Assembly: GCA_965215365.1 (NCBI GenBank)
Contig: CBDCDS010000003.1
Span: 1,600,001 to 1,664,000 of the forward strand
Origin: Gammaproteobacteria bacterium
GTDB taxonomy: Bacteria > Pseudomonadota > Gammaproteobacteria > Eutrophobiales > Eutrophobiaceae
Length of the DNA: 64,000 nt
Direction of reading: 5' to 3'
Each line of letters starts with the position of its first letter. Positions within the stretch are counted from its first letter, which is position 1. Under the pieces are notes generated by a model. It ran no database searches, had not been told where the DNA came from, and saw only the letters and a program-made list of their open reading frames with translations. Positions 17,911-31,049 of the stretch are shown piece after piece. The position numbers and the translations under genes are program-made.

Positions 17911-19042
17911 TGTCCGGGTTCAGAAACAAGTGAGACTCTTTAGATAAAGAAATCGGGTAGTCTGTGTGTGAATTAATCTCAACTAATTGACACAGGAGGA
18001 CTACCCGATGCAGATCAAAAGCCTGCGGGTGAAATCATATCGCAGTTGGCGCGTCGATGATACTACCGATGCTGACGCGCGCGGTCGTTTGAAGCAGTTG
18101 GAATTGGTTGCGACGTTACGCGAGGATGGGTGTGGTGAGGCGACGGCACTGGCAGCAGTAGGTTGGTCGAGGGCGACCTACTACCGTTGGTTGAAGCGGT
18201 ATCGTGAACATGGGCTGAAGGGTCTGGGGTGTGGCTCTCGTGCGCCGCGGCGGCGGCGTGTGCCGCAATGGACGCGCCAGCACGAGCAGCAGGTCTTGCA
18301 CCTTCGCCAACGTTATCCGTTATGGGGTAAGCGTAAGCTCTGGCGGGTGGGGGTGCGCGAGCAGGGCTGGACTTTGAGCGAGAGTACGGTCGGGCGCATC
18401 GTGGCGAAGCTGGTGCGGCTGGGTCGGGTCAAGCCGGTGGCGTTTTACTATGGCCGGGTGAAGCCTAAGCGCCGCCGGGCGTTTACCCATCATGCCAAGC
18501 GCTGGCGCTACGGGATGAAGGCTAAGGCGCCAGGGGAGTTGATGCAGATAGACCACATGAGTGTCGGCTTCACGGACGGCATCACGGTGAAGGAGTTCAA
18601 GGCCGTCTGTCCGGTGAGCAAATGGAGTGCGCTGCGAGCCTACAGTCGGGCCACCAGTGGCAATGCCCGGCGCTTCTTAAAAGCGCTGCTCGGTGAGGCG
18701 CCGTTTCCCATCCGTTCTATCCAGGTCGATGGCGGCTCGGAGTTCCGAGATGAGTTCGAGCAGGCTTGCCAGGACTTAGGAATCCCCCTGTACGTGCTGC
18801 CCCCGAAAAAACCCGAATACAACGGCTGTGTAGAACGCGCCAATGCCACCAGCCGCTATGAGTTCTATCCGTTCTACGAGGGCCCACTGACCGTGGCCGC
18901 CATCAACCGCAAACTGGCAGAGTATCAGCAATACTACAATACCTACCGCCCGCATGACGGTATTGGTTTATTAACCCCAATGGAGTATTATCAACAACTC
19001 ACACAGCCTGCCTCTGAGTCTCATATGTATTGAACCTGGACA
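17911..19042 (+). mobile_element. IS481-family element, copy 2 (1132 bp), 4-bp TSD cgcc
   Basis: Same IRs and identical transposase to copy 1; cgcc at 17907-17910 and 19043-19046. Confidence 0.92.
17987..19033 (+). CDS. IS481-family transposase
   Basis: Identical translation to 3206..4252. Confidence 0.9.
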   Translation: MTQEDYPMQIKSLRVKSYRSWRVDDTTDADARGRLKQLELVATLREDGCGEATALAAVGWSRATYYRWLKRYREHGLKGLGCGSRAPRRRRVPQWTRQHEQQVLHLRQRYPLWGKRKLWRVGVREQGWTLSESTVGRIVAKLVRLGRVKPVAFYYGRVKPKRRRAFTHHAKRWRYGMKAKAPGELMQIDHMSVGFTDGITVKEFKAVCPVSKWSALRAYSRATSGNARRFLKALLGEAPFPIRSIQVDGGSEFRDEFEQACQDLGIPLYVLPPKKPEYNGCVERANATSRYEFYPFYEGPLTVAAINRKLAEYQQYYNTYRPHDGIGLLTPMEYYQQLTQPASESHMY

Positions 19043-19162
19043 CGCCATTTTATTACCCTTCAGGGTGTGTTACAGTGACCTGAGAACAATGCCCTCTGTG
19101 GCATTTTTAGCCATCAGTCCCGGATATGCCCCGAACATGTTCAGGAGTTAAGGAGACCCACC

Positions 19163-19756
19163 ATGACATTACGACGTAGTATCAATATCCTCCTGCTTGC
19201 CGCGACCTGCACGGTCTTTGGCAAGAGTGCCGTTGCAGCCGAATACGAGATTGATATTCCCGGTATGCATGCAGCCATTCAGTTCCGTATCCTGCATCTG
19301 GGCTATAGCGTACTGACCGGCCGCTTCAACGACTTTCGCGGTTCCTTCACCTGGGACCAGGATAACCCCGAGGCCTCGTCTATCAATGTGACGGTGCAAA
19401 CAGCCAGCATCGATTCAAACCATGCAGAACGGGACAAGCACCTGCGCGAGGAGGACTTTCTGAATGTGGCAAAATACCCGGAGGCGACATTCAAAAGCAC
19501 GCAATACAACGGCGATGCCAATGGCGGCACACTGGAAGGGATACTGACCCTGCATGGCGTCAGCAAGCCCATCGCTATCGACGTAACATTCATCGGCGAA
19601 GGGGATGACCCCTGGGGCGGTTACCGCGCCGGCTTTGAAGGCAGCGTCACCATCCGCCGCTCCGATTTCGGCATGATGTACAACCTGGGCCCCAAATCGG
19701 ATGAAATGCAGCTGGACTTGTATATTGAGGGTTGCCGGGATACCTGCCAGAAATAA
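19163..19756 (+). CDS. yceI: YceI family periplasmic lipid/polyisoprenoid-binding protein
   Basis: Signal peptide; HLGYS.LTGRF, SIDSNHAERDKHLR, DPWGGYRAGF. Confidence 0.92.
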   Translation: MTLRRSINILLLAATCTVFGKSAVAAEYEIDIPGMHAAIQFRILHLGYSVLTGRFNDFRGSFTWDQDNPEASSINVTVQTASIDSNHAERDKHLREEDFLNVAKYPEATFKSTQYNGDANGGTLEGILTLHGVSKPIAIDVTFIGEGDDPWGGYRAGFEGSVTIRRSDFGMMYNLGPKSDEMQLDLYIEGCRDTCQK

Positions 19757-19791
19757 TGGGGCGGCGAGGTTCAGTTAAAACGCACTGAATC

Positions 19792-20331
19792 ATGTTGATC
19801 ACCAATTCCCGGCTGCGTTTTGGCCTGTTCAGCAAGCTGCTGCACTGGACCCTGGCGCTGCTCATGCTCGGCCTGATCGGGTTGGGCTGGTACATGGTGG
19901 GCCTGACCTACTACGACAAGTGGTACAACGCTTCGCTGCATTACCACAAGTCACTGGGCCTCCTGGCACTGGCCCTGGCTGTGGTCAAGCTGGGTTGGCA
20001 GGTTTATACGCCGGTGCCGCGGCCATTGGCGACCTTGCAACCCTGGGAAAAAGCCGCAGCAAAGCTGATGCACTACCTGTTATGGGGCATGTTGTTGCTC
20101 ATCCCCATCACCGGCTATCTTATTTCCACCGCTGCGGGCAAACCCATCCAGCTGTTCAACTGGTTTGCCATCCCCGCCATCGTGGATGTGGGTGAGGCGC
20201 TGAGAGAACTTGCCATCGACATCCATTTCTATCTGGCCTACGCCACCTTGTTGCTGGTCATCGGCCATGCCGGCGCGGCGCTGAAACATCACTTCATCAA
20301 CCGGGATGAGACGCTGCAACGGATGTTGTAG
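19792..20331 (+). CDS. yceJ: Cytochrome b561
   Basis: LLHW, HKSLG, MHYLL, HAGAALKHHF heme ligands; next to yceI. Confidence 0.88.
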   Translation: MLITNSRLRFGLFSKLLHWTLALLMLGLIGLGWYMVGLTYYDKWYNASLHYHKSLGLLALALAVVKLGWQVYTPVPRPLATLQPWEKAAAKLMHYLLWGMLLLIPITGYLISTAAGKPIQLFNWFAIPAIVDVGEALRELAIDIHFYLAYATLLLVIGHAGAALKHHFINRDETLQRML

Positions 20332-20373
20332 GCGCCTCTGAAAATGCTCTCCGTAGCATTTTCAGAGGCTACC
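20330..20373. repeat. Minimal family A hairpin between convergent genes (probable terminator role)
   Basis: aggcgcctctgaaaatgctctccgtagcattttcagaggctacc. Confidence 0.7.
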
Positions 20374-20378
20374 ATAAT

Positions 20379-21749
20379 TCAACCCAGAGCCAGATAACAC
20401 ACCAAGGTTATCACCACCGCCAGGATCAGGTTCAGCACAAAGCCACCCCGTACCATCTCCCGGATGGTGACGTGGCCGGTGCCGAATACGATGGCGTTGG
20501 GGACGGTGGCGACCGGCAGCATGAAGGCGCAGGAAGCTGACATTGCGGCGGGTATCATCATCAGTTCCGGACTGACCCCCACGGCCAGTGCGGTGGCTGC
20601 GAGGATAGGCATGAGCAAGGTGGTGGTGGCGGTGTTCGAGGTAATTTCCGTCAGGAAGGTCACGCCCAGGCAGATGCACAACAGCAGTAGTGGCAAGGGG
20701 AAGCCTGCCAGCACCACCAGTTGTTGCGCGATCAATTCCGCCAGACCACTGGAAGCAAACGCCTTGGCGATAGTGATGCCACTGGCGAACAACAGCAGCA
20801 TGCCCCAGGGGATGTCCGCGGCCGTTTTCCAGTCGAGCAGGTTATCGCCCTTGCCGGACGGCAGGATAAACATGGCTGTCACCGCGGCCAGCGCCACGGT
20901 GGCATCGCCCACATGCGGTGTGCCCAGCAATCCCGACCAGCCGCCCAGCGGTTCGGCGCGCGTGATCCATAGTACGATAGTAATGCCGAACACGGCCAGC
21001 ACGCGCACTTCGTTCACCTGCCAAGGGGCGGCTGCGGGCAGGTCCAAGGTTTCCTTCCAGGTGACGTTGCGGGTCAACCACAGTGCCATCAACGGCAGGC
21101 CGCACAGGACTACCGGCAAGCCGATCTTCATCCAGTCCAGAAACGAGTATTCCAGGCCGGTGAACTCGGTATAGACGCCCGCAAAAATGATGTTGGGCGG
21201 TGTGCCTATCAGGGTTGCCACGCCGCCCAGCGAGGAGGCATGGGCGAGCCCCAGCACCACGGCAATTGCCAACGTCTTGTCCTCCACCTGTTTCAGCACT
21301 GCCAGTGCGATCGGTATGAGAATCAGGGTGGTGGCCGTATTGCTGATCCACATGGACAGCAAGGACGCAGTGAGCATGAAGGCAAACACAATACGTTTGC
21401 CGCTGCCGCCTACCGTCGTCAGTATTGCTAGGGCGAAGCGCCGGTGCACACCCGATTTTTCCAGCGCCTTCGCCAGCATGAACCCGCCCATCAGCAGCAG
21501 GATCACCGGGCTGCCCAGGCCCGCGGCCGCTTCTCTGTGGGTGAGCACACCGGCCAGCGGAAACGCAAAAAACGGGATTAGCGAGGCCGCCGGTATCGGT
21601 ATGGTTTCCGTTACCCACCAGATCGCAGTAAGCAGGGTAATGGCTGCTGTCACAGCAACGACATACTCAACGCCGGAATGGCGCAACAACAGGCATAACA
21701 AAACTGCCGCCAGCGGGGCGGCGTAGAGCATGATGGAATCGGTTTTCAT
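20379..21749 (-). CDS. SLC13/DASS family sodium:sulfate/dicarboxylate symporter
   Basis: LSMWISNTAT, IGTPPN, TEITSNTAT, FMLPVATVPNA. Confidence 0.92.
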   Translation of the reverse strand: MKTDSIMLYAAPLAAVLLCLLLRHSGVEYVVAVTAAITLLTAIWWVTETIPIPAASLIPFFAFPLAGVLTHREAAAGLGSPVILLLMGGFMLAKALEKSGVHRRFALAILTTVGGSGKRIVFAFMLTASLLSMWISNTATTLILIPIALAVLKQVEDKTLAIAVVLGLAHASSLGGVATLIGTPPNIIFAGVYTEFTGLEYSFLDWMKIGLPVVLCGLPLMALWLTRNVTWKETLDLPAAAPWQVNEVRVLAVFGITIVLWITRAEPLGGWSGLLGTPHVGDATVALAAVTAMFILPSGKGDNLLDWKTAADIPWGMLLLFASGITIAKAFASSGLAELIAQQLVVLAGFPLPLLLLCICLGVTFLTEITSNTATTTLLMPILAATALAVGVSPELMMIPAAMSASCAFMLPVATVPNAIVFGTGHVTIREMVRGGFVLNLILAVVITLVCYLALG

Positions 21750-21903
21750 TACCAGGACAAATATCCCCGGTTCATCGCTCAGCGCGTCCGCAGGGGGACG
21801 TAACAAATGACGAACAAGGTTTTTTCAACTTTTCCGCAAGCCTTCACCTGGAAGAAACAAAGATATACGCCAGTGCCGCTGACGCCAGCGGCTCGGCAAG
21901 ACA

Positions 21904-22247
21904 GGGAGTCAGCCGGTAAGCCGGGTTCTGTCGAGGACAATCATTCATCTGGGATGTATGTCGCCATACACCTCTTGCAGCCTACCCGGGGACAATGCGG
22001 GCCACATTATCGCCCCCTTATTTGGCCTTGCTCCGGGCGGGGTTTACCCTGCCATGCCTGTTACCAGTCACGCGGTGCGCTCTTACCGCACCATTTCACC
22101 CTTACCAGACAGATGTCCGGCGGTATATTTTCTGTTGCACTTGCCGTCGGCTCGCGCCGCCCAGGAATTACCTGGCGCCCTGCCCATACGGAGCCCGGAC
22201 TTTCCTCTGTCGCAACCGGTGCAACAGCGATTGTCTGGCTGACTCCC
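21904..22247 (-). ncRNA. rnpB: RNase P RNA (type A)
   Basis: GAGGAAAGTCCGGGCTCC, AGTGCAACAGAAAA, GGGTGAAATGGTGCGGTAAGAGCGCACCG, ACAGAACCCGGCTTA; P1 GGGAGTCAGCC pairs with 3' end. Confidence 0.97.
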
Positions 22248-22301
22248 GAGTATATAATAGTCCACAGACATAGATTGCGCCACAGACTTTTGCAACAGGC
22301 G

Positions 22302-23456
22302 ATGAATAAAACACCTTTATACGACTTGCACCGGCAGCATGGCGCCCGTTTCACGGACTTTGCCGGTTATACCATGCCGTTGCGATACCGGCGCGGGATC
22401 ATGGCGGAGCATCTGCATACTCGCGCCGCCGCCGGCCTGTTTGATGTCTCCCACATGGGGCAGTTGCGCCTGTCAGGGAATAACGTGGAGCAGGTGCTAG
22501 AGCGAGTGCTCACCGGCGATGTCAGCGCGCTCAAGCCCTACCGACAATGCTATACACTGCTGACCAACGAACAAGGCGGCATTATCGACGACCTGATGTT
22601 GACCCGCACCCCGGACGGCCTGTTGCTGGTGGTGAACGCCGCCCGCCGGGAAACCGACCTTGCCCGGCTCCGGCAGGCGCTGGGCTCCGGCTACGAGGTG
22701 GACCTGTTGCAAGACCGGGCCTTGCTGGCATTACAGGGGCCACAGGCGGCGGCAGTACTGGCTGACCTGTGCCCGGAGTGCGCAACCATGCCGTTTCTGA
22801 GCGCGCTGGAAACCCGCCTCCCCGAGGTGGCCGGAACAGCCCCCGTCGGCATCAGCCGTTGCGGCTACACCGGCGAGGACGGCTTCGAGATTTCCATCCC
22901 CAACCACCGCGCCGCACAACTCGCACAAACCCTGTTGCAGCGCGAGGAAGTGGCATTGATCGGGCTGGGCGCCCGGGATTCGCTGCGCCTAGAAGCGGGG
23001 CTGTGTCTGTACGGCCACGATATTGATGAGACCACATCGCCGGTGGCAGCAGGCCTGATCCGAGTGATTGCGAAAAAATACCGGGACGGCTCGCAGTCGG
23101 CGCGGTTTCCCGGCGCCGAGAAAATCCTCAAGGCCAGGCCCCGGAAAGTGCGCTGTGGCTTCCGGGTCGAAGGCAAGGCGCCGGTACGGGAGGGCGCGGT
23201 GATACTCAATGAGCAGCAGCAGGCAGTGGGCCGGATAACCAGCGGCGGCTTCGGGCCCAGCGTCGGCGCGCCGGTGGCCATGGGGTATGTGGCGCGAGAA
23301 TACGCGGCGCCGGGAACGGCGCTGCAAGTGGAGCTACGCGCGCGTACACATGTCATCCGCAGCGCGCCACTCCCTTTTATCAAACACCGGTATTATCGGC
23401 CGGGGACGGACACATCCCGACCTCACGGGGAACAGACAGAAAATGAGCAAACTTGA
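22302..23456 (+). CDS. gcvT: Glycine cleavage system aminomethyltransferase T
   Basis: [46 protein letters not shown]. Confidence 0.93.
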   Translation: MNKTPLYDLHRQHGARFTDFAGYTMPLRYRRGIMAEHLHTRAAAGLFDVSHMGQLRLSGNNVEQVLERVLTGDVSALKPYRQCYTLLTNEQGGIIDDLMLTRTPDGLLLVVNAARRETDLARLRQALGSGYEVDLLQDRALLALQGPQAAAVLADLCPECATMPFLSALETRLPEVAGTAPVGISRCGYTGEDGFEISIPNHRAAQLAQTLLQREEVALIGLGARDSLRLEAGLCLYGHDIDETTSPVAAGLIRVIAKKYRDGSQSARFPGAEKILKARPRKVRCGFRVEGKAPVREGAVILNEQQQAVGRITSGGFGPSVGAPVAMGYVAREYAAPGTALQVELRARTHVIRSAPLPFIKHRYYRPGTDTSRPHGEQTENEQT

Positions 23457-26325
23457 ACAACTGGAACTGCGCGGCGGTTTCACCCGCCGCCATATCGGCC
23501 CGGACCGGAGGCAGCTGCAGGACATGGCAAGCTACCTGGGCCTGGACGACCTGGAGCAGATTATCGACCGGGCCGTACCCGCGTCGATTCTGTCGAAGCA
23601 ACCGTTGGCGCTGAGCCACAGCATCAGCGAACGCGAGGTCGGCATTCGCCTGCGCCGGATGCGTCGGCGTAACCACGTATTCACATCCATGATCGGTATG
23701 GGCTATCATGACACCATCATGCCGGCGGTGATCAAGCGCAACGTGCTGGAAAACCCGGCCTGGTACACCGCGTATACGCCTTATCAGGCGGAAATCAGCC
23801 AGGGCCGCCTGGAGGCCTTGCTGAACTTCCAGCAGATGATTATCGACCTGACCGGCATGGACATCGCCAATGCCTCCATGCTGGATGAAGCCACCGCCGC
23901 CGCCGAGGCCATGAGCATGGCCCGGCGCGTGGGTCGCAGCAACAGCCTGCTGTTCTTTATTGACCGGGACTGCCATCCGCAGACTATCGCGGTGTTACAG
24001 ACCCGCGCCCGCGGCTTCGGTTACGAGGTCTGCGTAGGGGACCCGTTCACCGAGCTGGCCGGCAAGGACATCTTCGGCGCCCTGCTGCAATACCCCGGCA
24101 GCAGCGGCGAGGTGGCCGACCTGCGCGCGCCCATTGCACAGGCGCATGAGCAGGGCGCCATGGTCACCGTGGCCGCGGATCTCCTAGCGCTGGTGCTGTT
24201 GACGCCGCCCGCCGCCATGGACGCCGACATCGTAGTCGGCAACACCCAGCGTTTCGGGATGCCGATGGGCTACGGTGGGCCTCATGCGGCGTTTTTTGCT
24301 TCCAGGGAAAAGTTCGTGCGCGCCATGCCCGGACGCATCATCGGCGTGTCGGTTGATAACCTGGGCCAGCGCGCGCTGCGCATGGCGCTGCAAACCCGGG
24401 AGCAGCACATACGCCGGGAAAAAGCCACCAGCAATATCTGCACTTCCCAGGTATTGCCCGCAGTCATCGCCAGTTTCTACGCCATCTACTACGGACCCAA
24501 GGAATTGCGCGTGATCGCAGAACGAGTGCATCGTCTGGCTCGACTGCTTGCCGCCGGTCTGCGGCAACTCGGCTACCGGGTTGTCAACCGGCGCTACTTC
24601 GACACCATCAAGGTCCATGCTCCCATCCGTGCCCGACGCATTGCTGCCAAGGCCCGCGCCGCGCAGCTCAACCTGCGCGTGTACGATGCGGATTACCTCG
24701 GCATTGCCCTGGATGAGACTACGACCCGCACCGAACTGGCGGCGGTATGGAAGGTGTTCGCCAGCGGCGCGGAGCAACAACCGGATGTCGATGAGTTGGA
24801 CCGCGAGCTACCGGAATGTCTGCCCGGGGAACTGTTACGCAGCAGCGCCATATTGCGGCATCCCGTGTTTGAGATGTACCACAGCGAGACCGAGATGATG
24901 CGCTACATGCGCTGGCTGGCGCGGCGCGATATTGCCCTGGATCGCGCCATGATTCCGCTCGGTTCCTGCACCATGAAACTGAACGCAGCCACGGAACTGG
25001 AAGCGCTGTCCTACCGGGACTTTAACGCCATCCATCCGTTCGTGCCGCTGGACCAGGCTCAGGGCTACCTGCAGCTGTTCGAGGAACTGGAAGACATGTT
25101 GTGCGACCTCACTGGCTTTAGCGCGTTCTCACTGCAACCCAACGCCGGTTCTCAGGGTGAGTACACCGGTCTGCTGGTGATCCGTAAATACCAGCAACAG
25201 CAGGGCCAGGGCGAACGCAACGTTTGCCTGATCCCGGCCTCGGCGCACGGCACCAACCCGGCCAGTGCCATGATGGTCGGCCTGGAAGTGGTAGTGGTCG
25301 CCTGCGATGAGGCCGGCAATATCGACCTCGACGACTTGCGCACCAAGGCCGCGCGGCATGCCGCGCGGCTGTCCGCCCTGATGGTCACCTACCCGTCCAC
25401 GCACGGTGTCTATGAGACCGGTTTTATTGAGATCTGCGCACTGGTCCATGAGTGCGGCGGCCAGGTTTACCTCGACGGTGCCAACATGAACGCACTGACC
25501 GGCATCTCCCGCCCTGCGGAACTTGGCGCCGATGTCATGCACATCAACCTGCACAAGACCTTTGCCATCCCGCACGGCGGCGGTGGGCCGGGCATGGGGC
25601 CGATCGGCGTGCAACAGCATCTGGCCCCGTTTCTGCCGGATCACCCACTGGTGGAGGGCGTGAACCCGGCTGCCGGCGCGGCCGGCACGGTCGGCACGAT
25701 TGCGGCCGCGCCCTGGGGTTCGGCCAGTATCCTCACCATCTCCTGGGCCTATATTGCCATGATGGGCGCCGACGGCCTGCGTCGAGCAACGCTGGTGGCC
25801 ATCCTCAACGCCAACTATATTGCCGCGCGCCTGCGCCCGCATTACCCAATTCTGTACACCGGCAAGAACGGCATGGTTGCCCACGAGTGCATACTGGATC
25901 TGCGTCCCATCCGCCAGGGTTGTCATATCACCGTGGATGATATTGCCAAACGCCTGGTGGATTACGGCTTCCATGCCCCCACCATGTCCTTCCCGGTGCC
26001 CGATACCCTGATGATTGAACCCACGGAAAGCGAAAACAAGCGCGAGCTGGATCGCTTCTGCGATGCCATGATAGCCATCCGCGCGGAGATTGCCAGAGTC
26101 GAACGGGGCGAATGGGAACAGGACAACAACCCGCTTAAAAACGCGCCGCACACGCACCGGTTGCTGCTTGAACCGGAATGGACTATGCCCTACAGTAAAC
26201 AGCAGGCGTTCTATCCCATGGATACCCTCCGCGACGACAAATACTGGCCGCCGGTCAGCCGGGTGGACAACCTGCACGGCGACCGGAATTTATTCTGCAG
26301 TTGCCCGTTGCCGGAGGAGTATTAA
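23443..26325 (+). CDS. gcvP: Glycine dehydrogenase (decarboxylating)
   Basis: [47 protein letters not shown] (PLP Lys). Confidence 0.96.
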   Translation: MSKLEQLELRGGFTRRHIGPDRRQLQDMASYLGLDDLEQIIDRAVPASILSKQPLALSHSISEREVGIRLRRMRRRNHVFTSMIGMGYHDTIMPAVIKRNVLENPAWYTAYTPYQAEISQGRLEALLNFQQMIIDLTGMDIANASMLDEATAAAEAMSMARRVGRSNSLLFFIDRDCHPQTIAVLQTRARGFGYEVCVGDPFTELAGKDIFGALLQYPGSSGEVADLRAPIAQAHEQGAMVTVAADLLALVLLTPPAAMDADIVVGNTQRFGMPMGYGGPHAAFFASREKFVRAMPGRIIGVSVDNLGQRALRMALQTREQHIRREKATSNICTSQVLPAVIASFYAIYYGPKELRVIAERVHRLARLLAAGLRQLGYRVVNRRYFDTIKVHAPIRARRIAAKARAAQLNLRVYDADYLGIALDETTTRTELAAVWKVFASGAEQQPDVDELDRELPECLPGELLRSSAILRHPVFEMYHSETEMMRYMRWLARRDIALDRAMIPLGSCTMKLNAATELEALSYRDFNAIHPFVPLDQAQGYLQLFEELEDMLCDLTGFSAFSLQPNAGSQGEYTGLLVIRKYQQQQGQGERNVCLIPASAHGTNPASAMMVGLEVVVVACDEAGNIDLDDLRTKAARHAARLSALMVTYPSTHGVYETGFIEICALVHECGGQVYLDGANMNALTGISRPAELGADVMHINLHKTFAIPHGGGGPGMGPIGVQQHLAPFLPDHPLVEGVNPAAGAAGTVGTIAAAPWGSASILTISWAYIAMMGADGLRRATLVAILNANYIAARLRPHYPILYTGKNGMVAHECILDLRPIRQGCHITVDDIAKRLVDYGFHAPTMSFPVPDTLMIEPTESENKRELDRFCDAMIAIRAEIARVERGEWEQDNNPLKNAPHTHRLLLEPEWTMPYSKQQAFYPMDTLRDDKYWPPVSRVDNLHGDRNLFCSCPLPEEY

Positions 26326-27188
26326 CCCGCATCTTCCTCCTTGCCCAAACTGACAGCCAGATCATATACTTCGTTCCTGCCGACGCCGCTGAGTTCGGTG
26401 GCAACGGACACGGCCTGTTTCAGGCGCAAAGATGCGAGCAGGACTTGCAACAAACGGGTGAGTTCAGCCTTGTCGGTGTGTTGTTGCTCTGCGCCGGCGA
26501 TGATCACCACAAACTCGCCCCGGCTCTGGTCCGGGTCCTGCTCCATCCAGTTGAGCAACCCGCCCAGCGTTCCCCGGCATACAGTTTCAAACTGCTTGGT
26601 CAGTTCCCGGGCAATGCAGGCCTCCCGCTGCGCGCCAAGGAGCGACGCAGCATCGGCCACGAAGGCCTTGATCCGGTGCGGGGCCTCATAAAAGACCAGG
26701 GTATGGGTCACGCCGGCCAGCTCTGACAGGCGCTTGCGCCGGGCTTGCTGCCGGGCTGGGGCAAAACCCTCGAACAGGAATTTATCGGGTGAGATACCGG
26801 CGCAGGACAACGCTGCAATCAGCGCACTCGGCCCCGGCGCCGGCGTGACCGGGATACCCCGTGCATGGGCTTGCCGCACCAGTTTGAAACCGGGGTCGCT
26901 GATTAACGGGGTGCCGGCATCGGTAATCATGGCCATGCTCTCGCCGTTGCCCAGACGTTCGACGATGCGCGGGGTCATGCGCGCCTCGTTGTGGTCATGG
27001 AAAGCCAGCATTTGGGTGCGGATATCGAACGCGCGTAACAGTCCGGCGCTGTGGCGCGTGTCTTCCGCCAGAATCAGGTCAACACCGGTCAGGATTCTCT
27101 GCGCGCGCGGGCTCAAATCCTCAAGATTGCCAATCGGTGTTGCTACGATGTACAAGACGCCGGGAGCGCCGGCGGTATGCTTTGCCAT
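26322..27188 (-). CDS. rsmI: 16S rRNA C1402 2'-O-methyltransferase
   Basis: [40 protein letters not shown]. Confidence 0.96.
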   Translation of the reverse strand: MAKHTAGAPGVLYIVATPIGNLEDLSPRAQRILTGVDLILAEDTRHSAGLLRAFDIRTQMLAFHDHNEARMTPRIVERLGNGESMAMITDAGTPLISDPGFKLVRQAHARGIPVTPAPGPSALIAALSCAGISPDKFLFEGFAPARQQARRKRLSELAGVTHTLVFYEAPHRIKAFVADAASLLGAQREACIARELTKQFETVCRGTLGGLLNWMEQDPDQSRGEFVVIIAGAEQQHTDKAELTRLLQVLLASLRLKQAVSVATELSGVGRNEVYDLAVSLGKEEDAG

Positions 27189-27230
27189 TTTGCGAAAGAT
27201 TTAATTTGCTGGAGACTATAGAATACGGCC

Positions 27231-28803
27231 ATGCCCGTGTTTCTTCAAATTCTACTCAGTGTCATGCTGTTACAGGGTTGTACACTTGACCTCAGGGAGT
27301 CCCCACAGCCGACCCCGGCTGAACCGACTGGCAGCCGGGCACAAGACGACCGGCGCCGGCAGGCGCAACAATATCTGGCGCGGGCGCTGGAGTATGAACG
27401 ACAGCAGGATTTCCTCAATGCCGCGCAGGCGCGCTTCAGCTACCACAAGTACCTCGATGACAGTGTCGCAAGCAAGGTCAATACGGCCAAAATATGGGAA
27501 AACCTGAACCGGGCCGACAAACAGGCGTTGCGCCGGCGCTACCAGACGGCGCCGGGCGCCTTGTCCGGCTGGGTTGAGCTTGCGTTTATCAGACGCACTC
27601 TGCTCACAGACCTGAAGACACTGGAACGGGCGCTGAGGGCCTGGCAACAGAACTACCCGGCGCATCCTGCCAACTTCACCATCGTCGGGCAACTGCGCGA
27701 GACCGCGCTACGCATCAACACGCGCCCGCAACAGATAGCCCTGCTGCTACCCTTGCGCGGGGTGCTACGGGAGGCGGCGGCCGCGGTCAGGGACGGTTTT
27801 ATGACGGCCTGGTATCATTCCGGCCACTACCAGCCGTTGCTCAGAGTCTATGAAGCCAACTCGCTGAATATCGATCAAGCCTATGCGCAAGCGCTGACGG
27901 AAGGCGCCGATTTTATTGTCGGGCCGTTGGAAAAACAGGCCTTGACCCGGCTCGCCGCAGCCAACCGCCTGACCGCGCCGACGCTGGCCCTGAACCGGAT
28001 TGAGGTCGTGCCGGAAGCGGCGCGGCGCACGCCGGACGCGTTACTGCCGACGCTGATGCAATTCAGCCTGTCACCGGAAGATGAGGCGCGTCAAGCCGCG
28101 GCGCGGGCCTACACGGACGGCTACGACCGGGCACTGGTTATCGTTCCTGATGACTCATGGGGGCAGCGCTTAGCCGGCGCGTTCCGTGACAGCTGGACTG
28201 CGGCCGGCGCGGTCATACTCGAAACCGTCAACTATGATCCTCGCAACAACGACTATGCCGGGCCAGTGAAACAGGCGCTGAACATTGATGCCAGCGAGGT
28301 TCGGATACAGACGCTCCGACGTGTGCTCGGCCGCAGCTTGGAGTCCCGCCCGCGCTGGCGTCAGGATGCCGATGTGGTCTTCATGGCCGCGTTTCCCGCG
28401 GACGCGCGCCAGATAGTGCCGCAATTACGCTTTTATCAGGCCGGACGACTCCCCGTCTATGCCACCTCGCATATTTTTACCGGCAACGTAAACCCACAAG
28501 CCGACGCCGACATGGAGGGGGTGATATTTCCTGATTTACCCTGGGTGTTAGCCGCCGATACGCAGACACAGGCGTTGCGCGCGCAGGTCAACGACAATTT
28601 TCAGGCGGCCGCATCCGCCTACCTGCGTCTGTACGCGTTGGGCACTGACGCGTTCAACCTGATTCCTCAGCTGGCGCGTTTGGCCTATGAGGATGAGGCC
28701 AGTTTCAGCGGCGCCACCGGCCGGCTCAGCATGTCGGCGGACGGGGTCATCACCAGGACACTGCCCTGGGGTAAAATCGTCAACGGCCGACCGGAGCTGT
28801 CAG

Positions 28804-28814
<11 letters not shown>
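27231..28814 (+). CDS. lpoA: Penicillin-binding protein activator LpoA-like lipoprotein
   Basis: Lipobox LLQGC; IALLLPLRG, IVGPLEK, FSLSPEDEA, RLYALGTDA; divergent from rsmI. Confidence 0.85.
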
Positions 28815-30387
<1,573 letters not shown>

Positions 30388-30410
30388 GGTGTGTGCCCAT
30401 CCCTCCCCAA

Positions 30411-31049
30411 TCAGATCTTCGGGCTCTGCCTCATGGCGCGTTCCGGGTCAGTCAGGCTGGCTCGGAAAGCCGTGCGTTTGAACAATGAGCGCATGTATTT
30501 CCGCAGGCCACGGGCGTCTGTGGGCAGTTTGATATTGAACGCGTCCAGACGCCACAGCAGGGGCGCTATACAGCAATCCACCAGGGTAAATTCTTCCGAC
30601 ATGAAATAGGGCATATTGGCGAACACCGGTTCGAGTTCCGTCAGTCTGGCACGCAGGTTTTTCCTAGCGCTAGCGGCGGCAATTTCATTGTCGCCGTCCA
30701 GCGCCAGGGCCGGTTCATACAGGTCGCGCGCAATGCGGTAGCGCAATTGTCGGTTCATGGCCTTGGACATGGGGTCAACCGGCATCAGCGGCGGATGCGG
30801 GAAACGTTCATCTAAGTATTCGAGTATGATTTGGGTGTCGTACAGGGCCAGCTCGCGATCCACTAGGGTAGGCGTGGTCGCATACGGATTGACTTCCGCC
30901 AGACGTTCCGGGACGGTGTCCTCATCGACATACCTGATGTCGGTTTCCACATCCTTCTCCGCCAGCGTCAGGCGGATGCAGTGGCTGTACAGATCGGCCC
31001 GGTCCGAATACAGCACGACTATCGGGCCGCCGTTGAGCAAGTTCGTCAT
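30411..31049 (-). CDS. sspA: Stringent starvation protein A
   Basis: VNPY, PTLVDREL, EYLDERFPHPPLMPVDP; follows petC. Confidence 0.93.
   Translation of the reverse strand: MTNLLNGGPIVVLYSDRADLYSHCIRLTLAEKDVETDIRYVDEDTVPERLAEVNPYATTPTLVDRELALYDTQIILEYLDERFPHPPLMPVDPMSKAMNRQLRYRIARDLYEPALALDGDNEIAAASARKNLRARLTELEPVFANMPYFMSEEFTLVDCCIAPLLWRLDAFNIKLPTDARGLRKYMRSLFKRTAFRASLTDPERAMRQSPKI

Noticed and set aside
3130-19042. Composite transposon formed by IS481 copies 1 and 2
   Set aside because: Each copy has its own TSD (caat, cgcc), and the enclosed region is core housekeeping.
21807-22301. 165-aa N-terminal extension of GcvT in the ORF track
   Set aside because: It is the antisense of rnpB; GcvT homology begins at ATG 22302.
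26322-26334. ttaacccgcat at the gcvP/rsmI junction as a family B end
   Set aside because: Match is only about 10 bp and is explained by the rsmI coding end.
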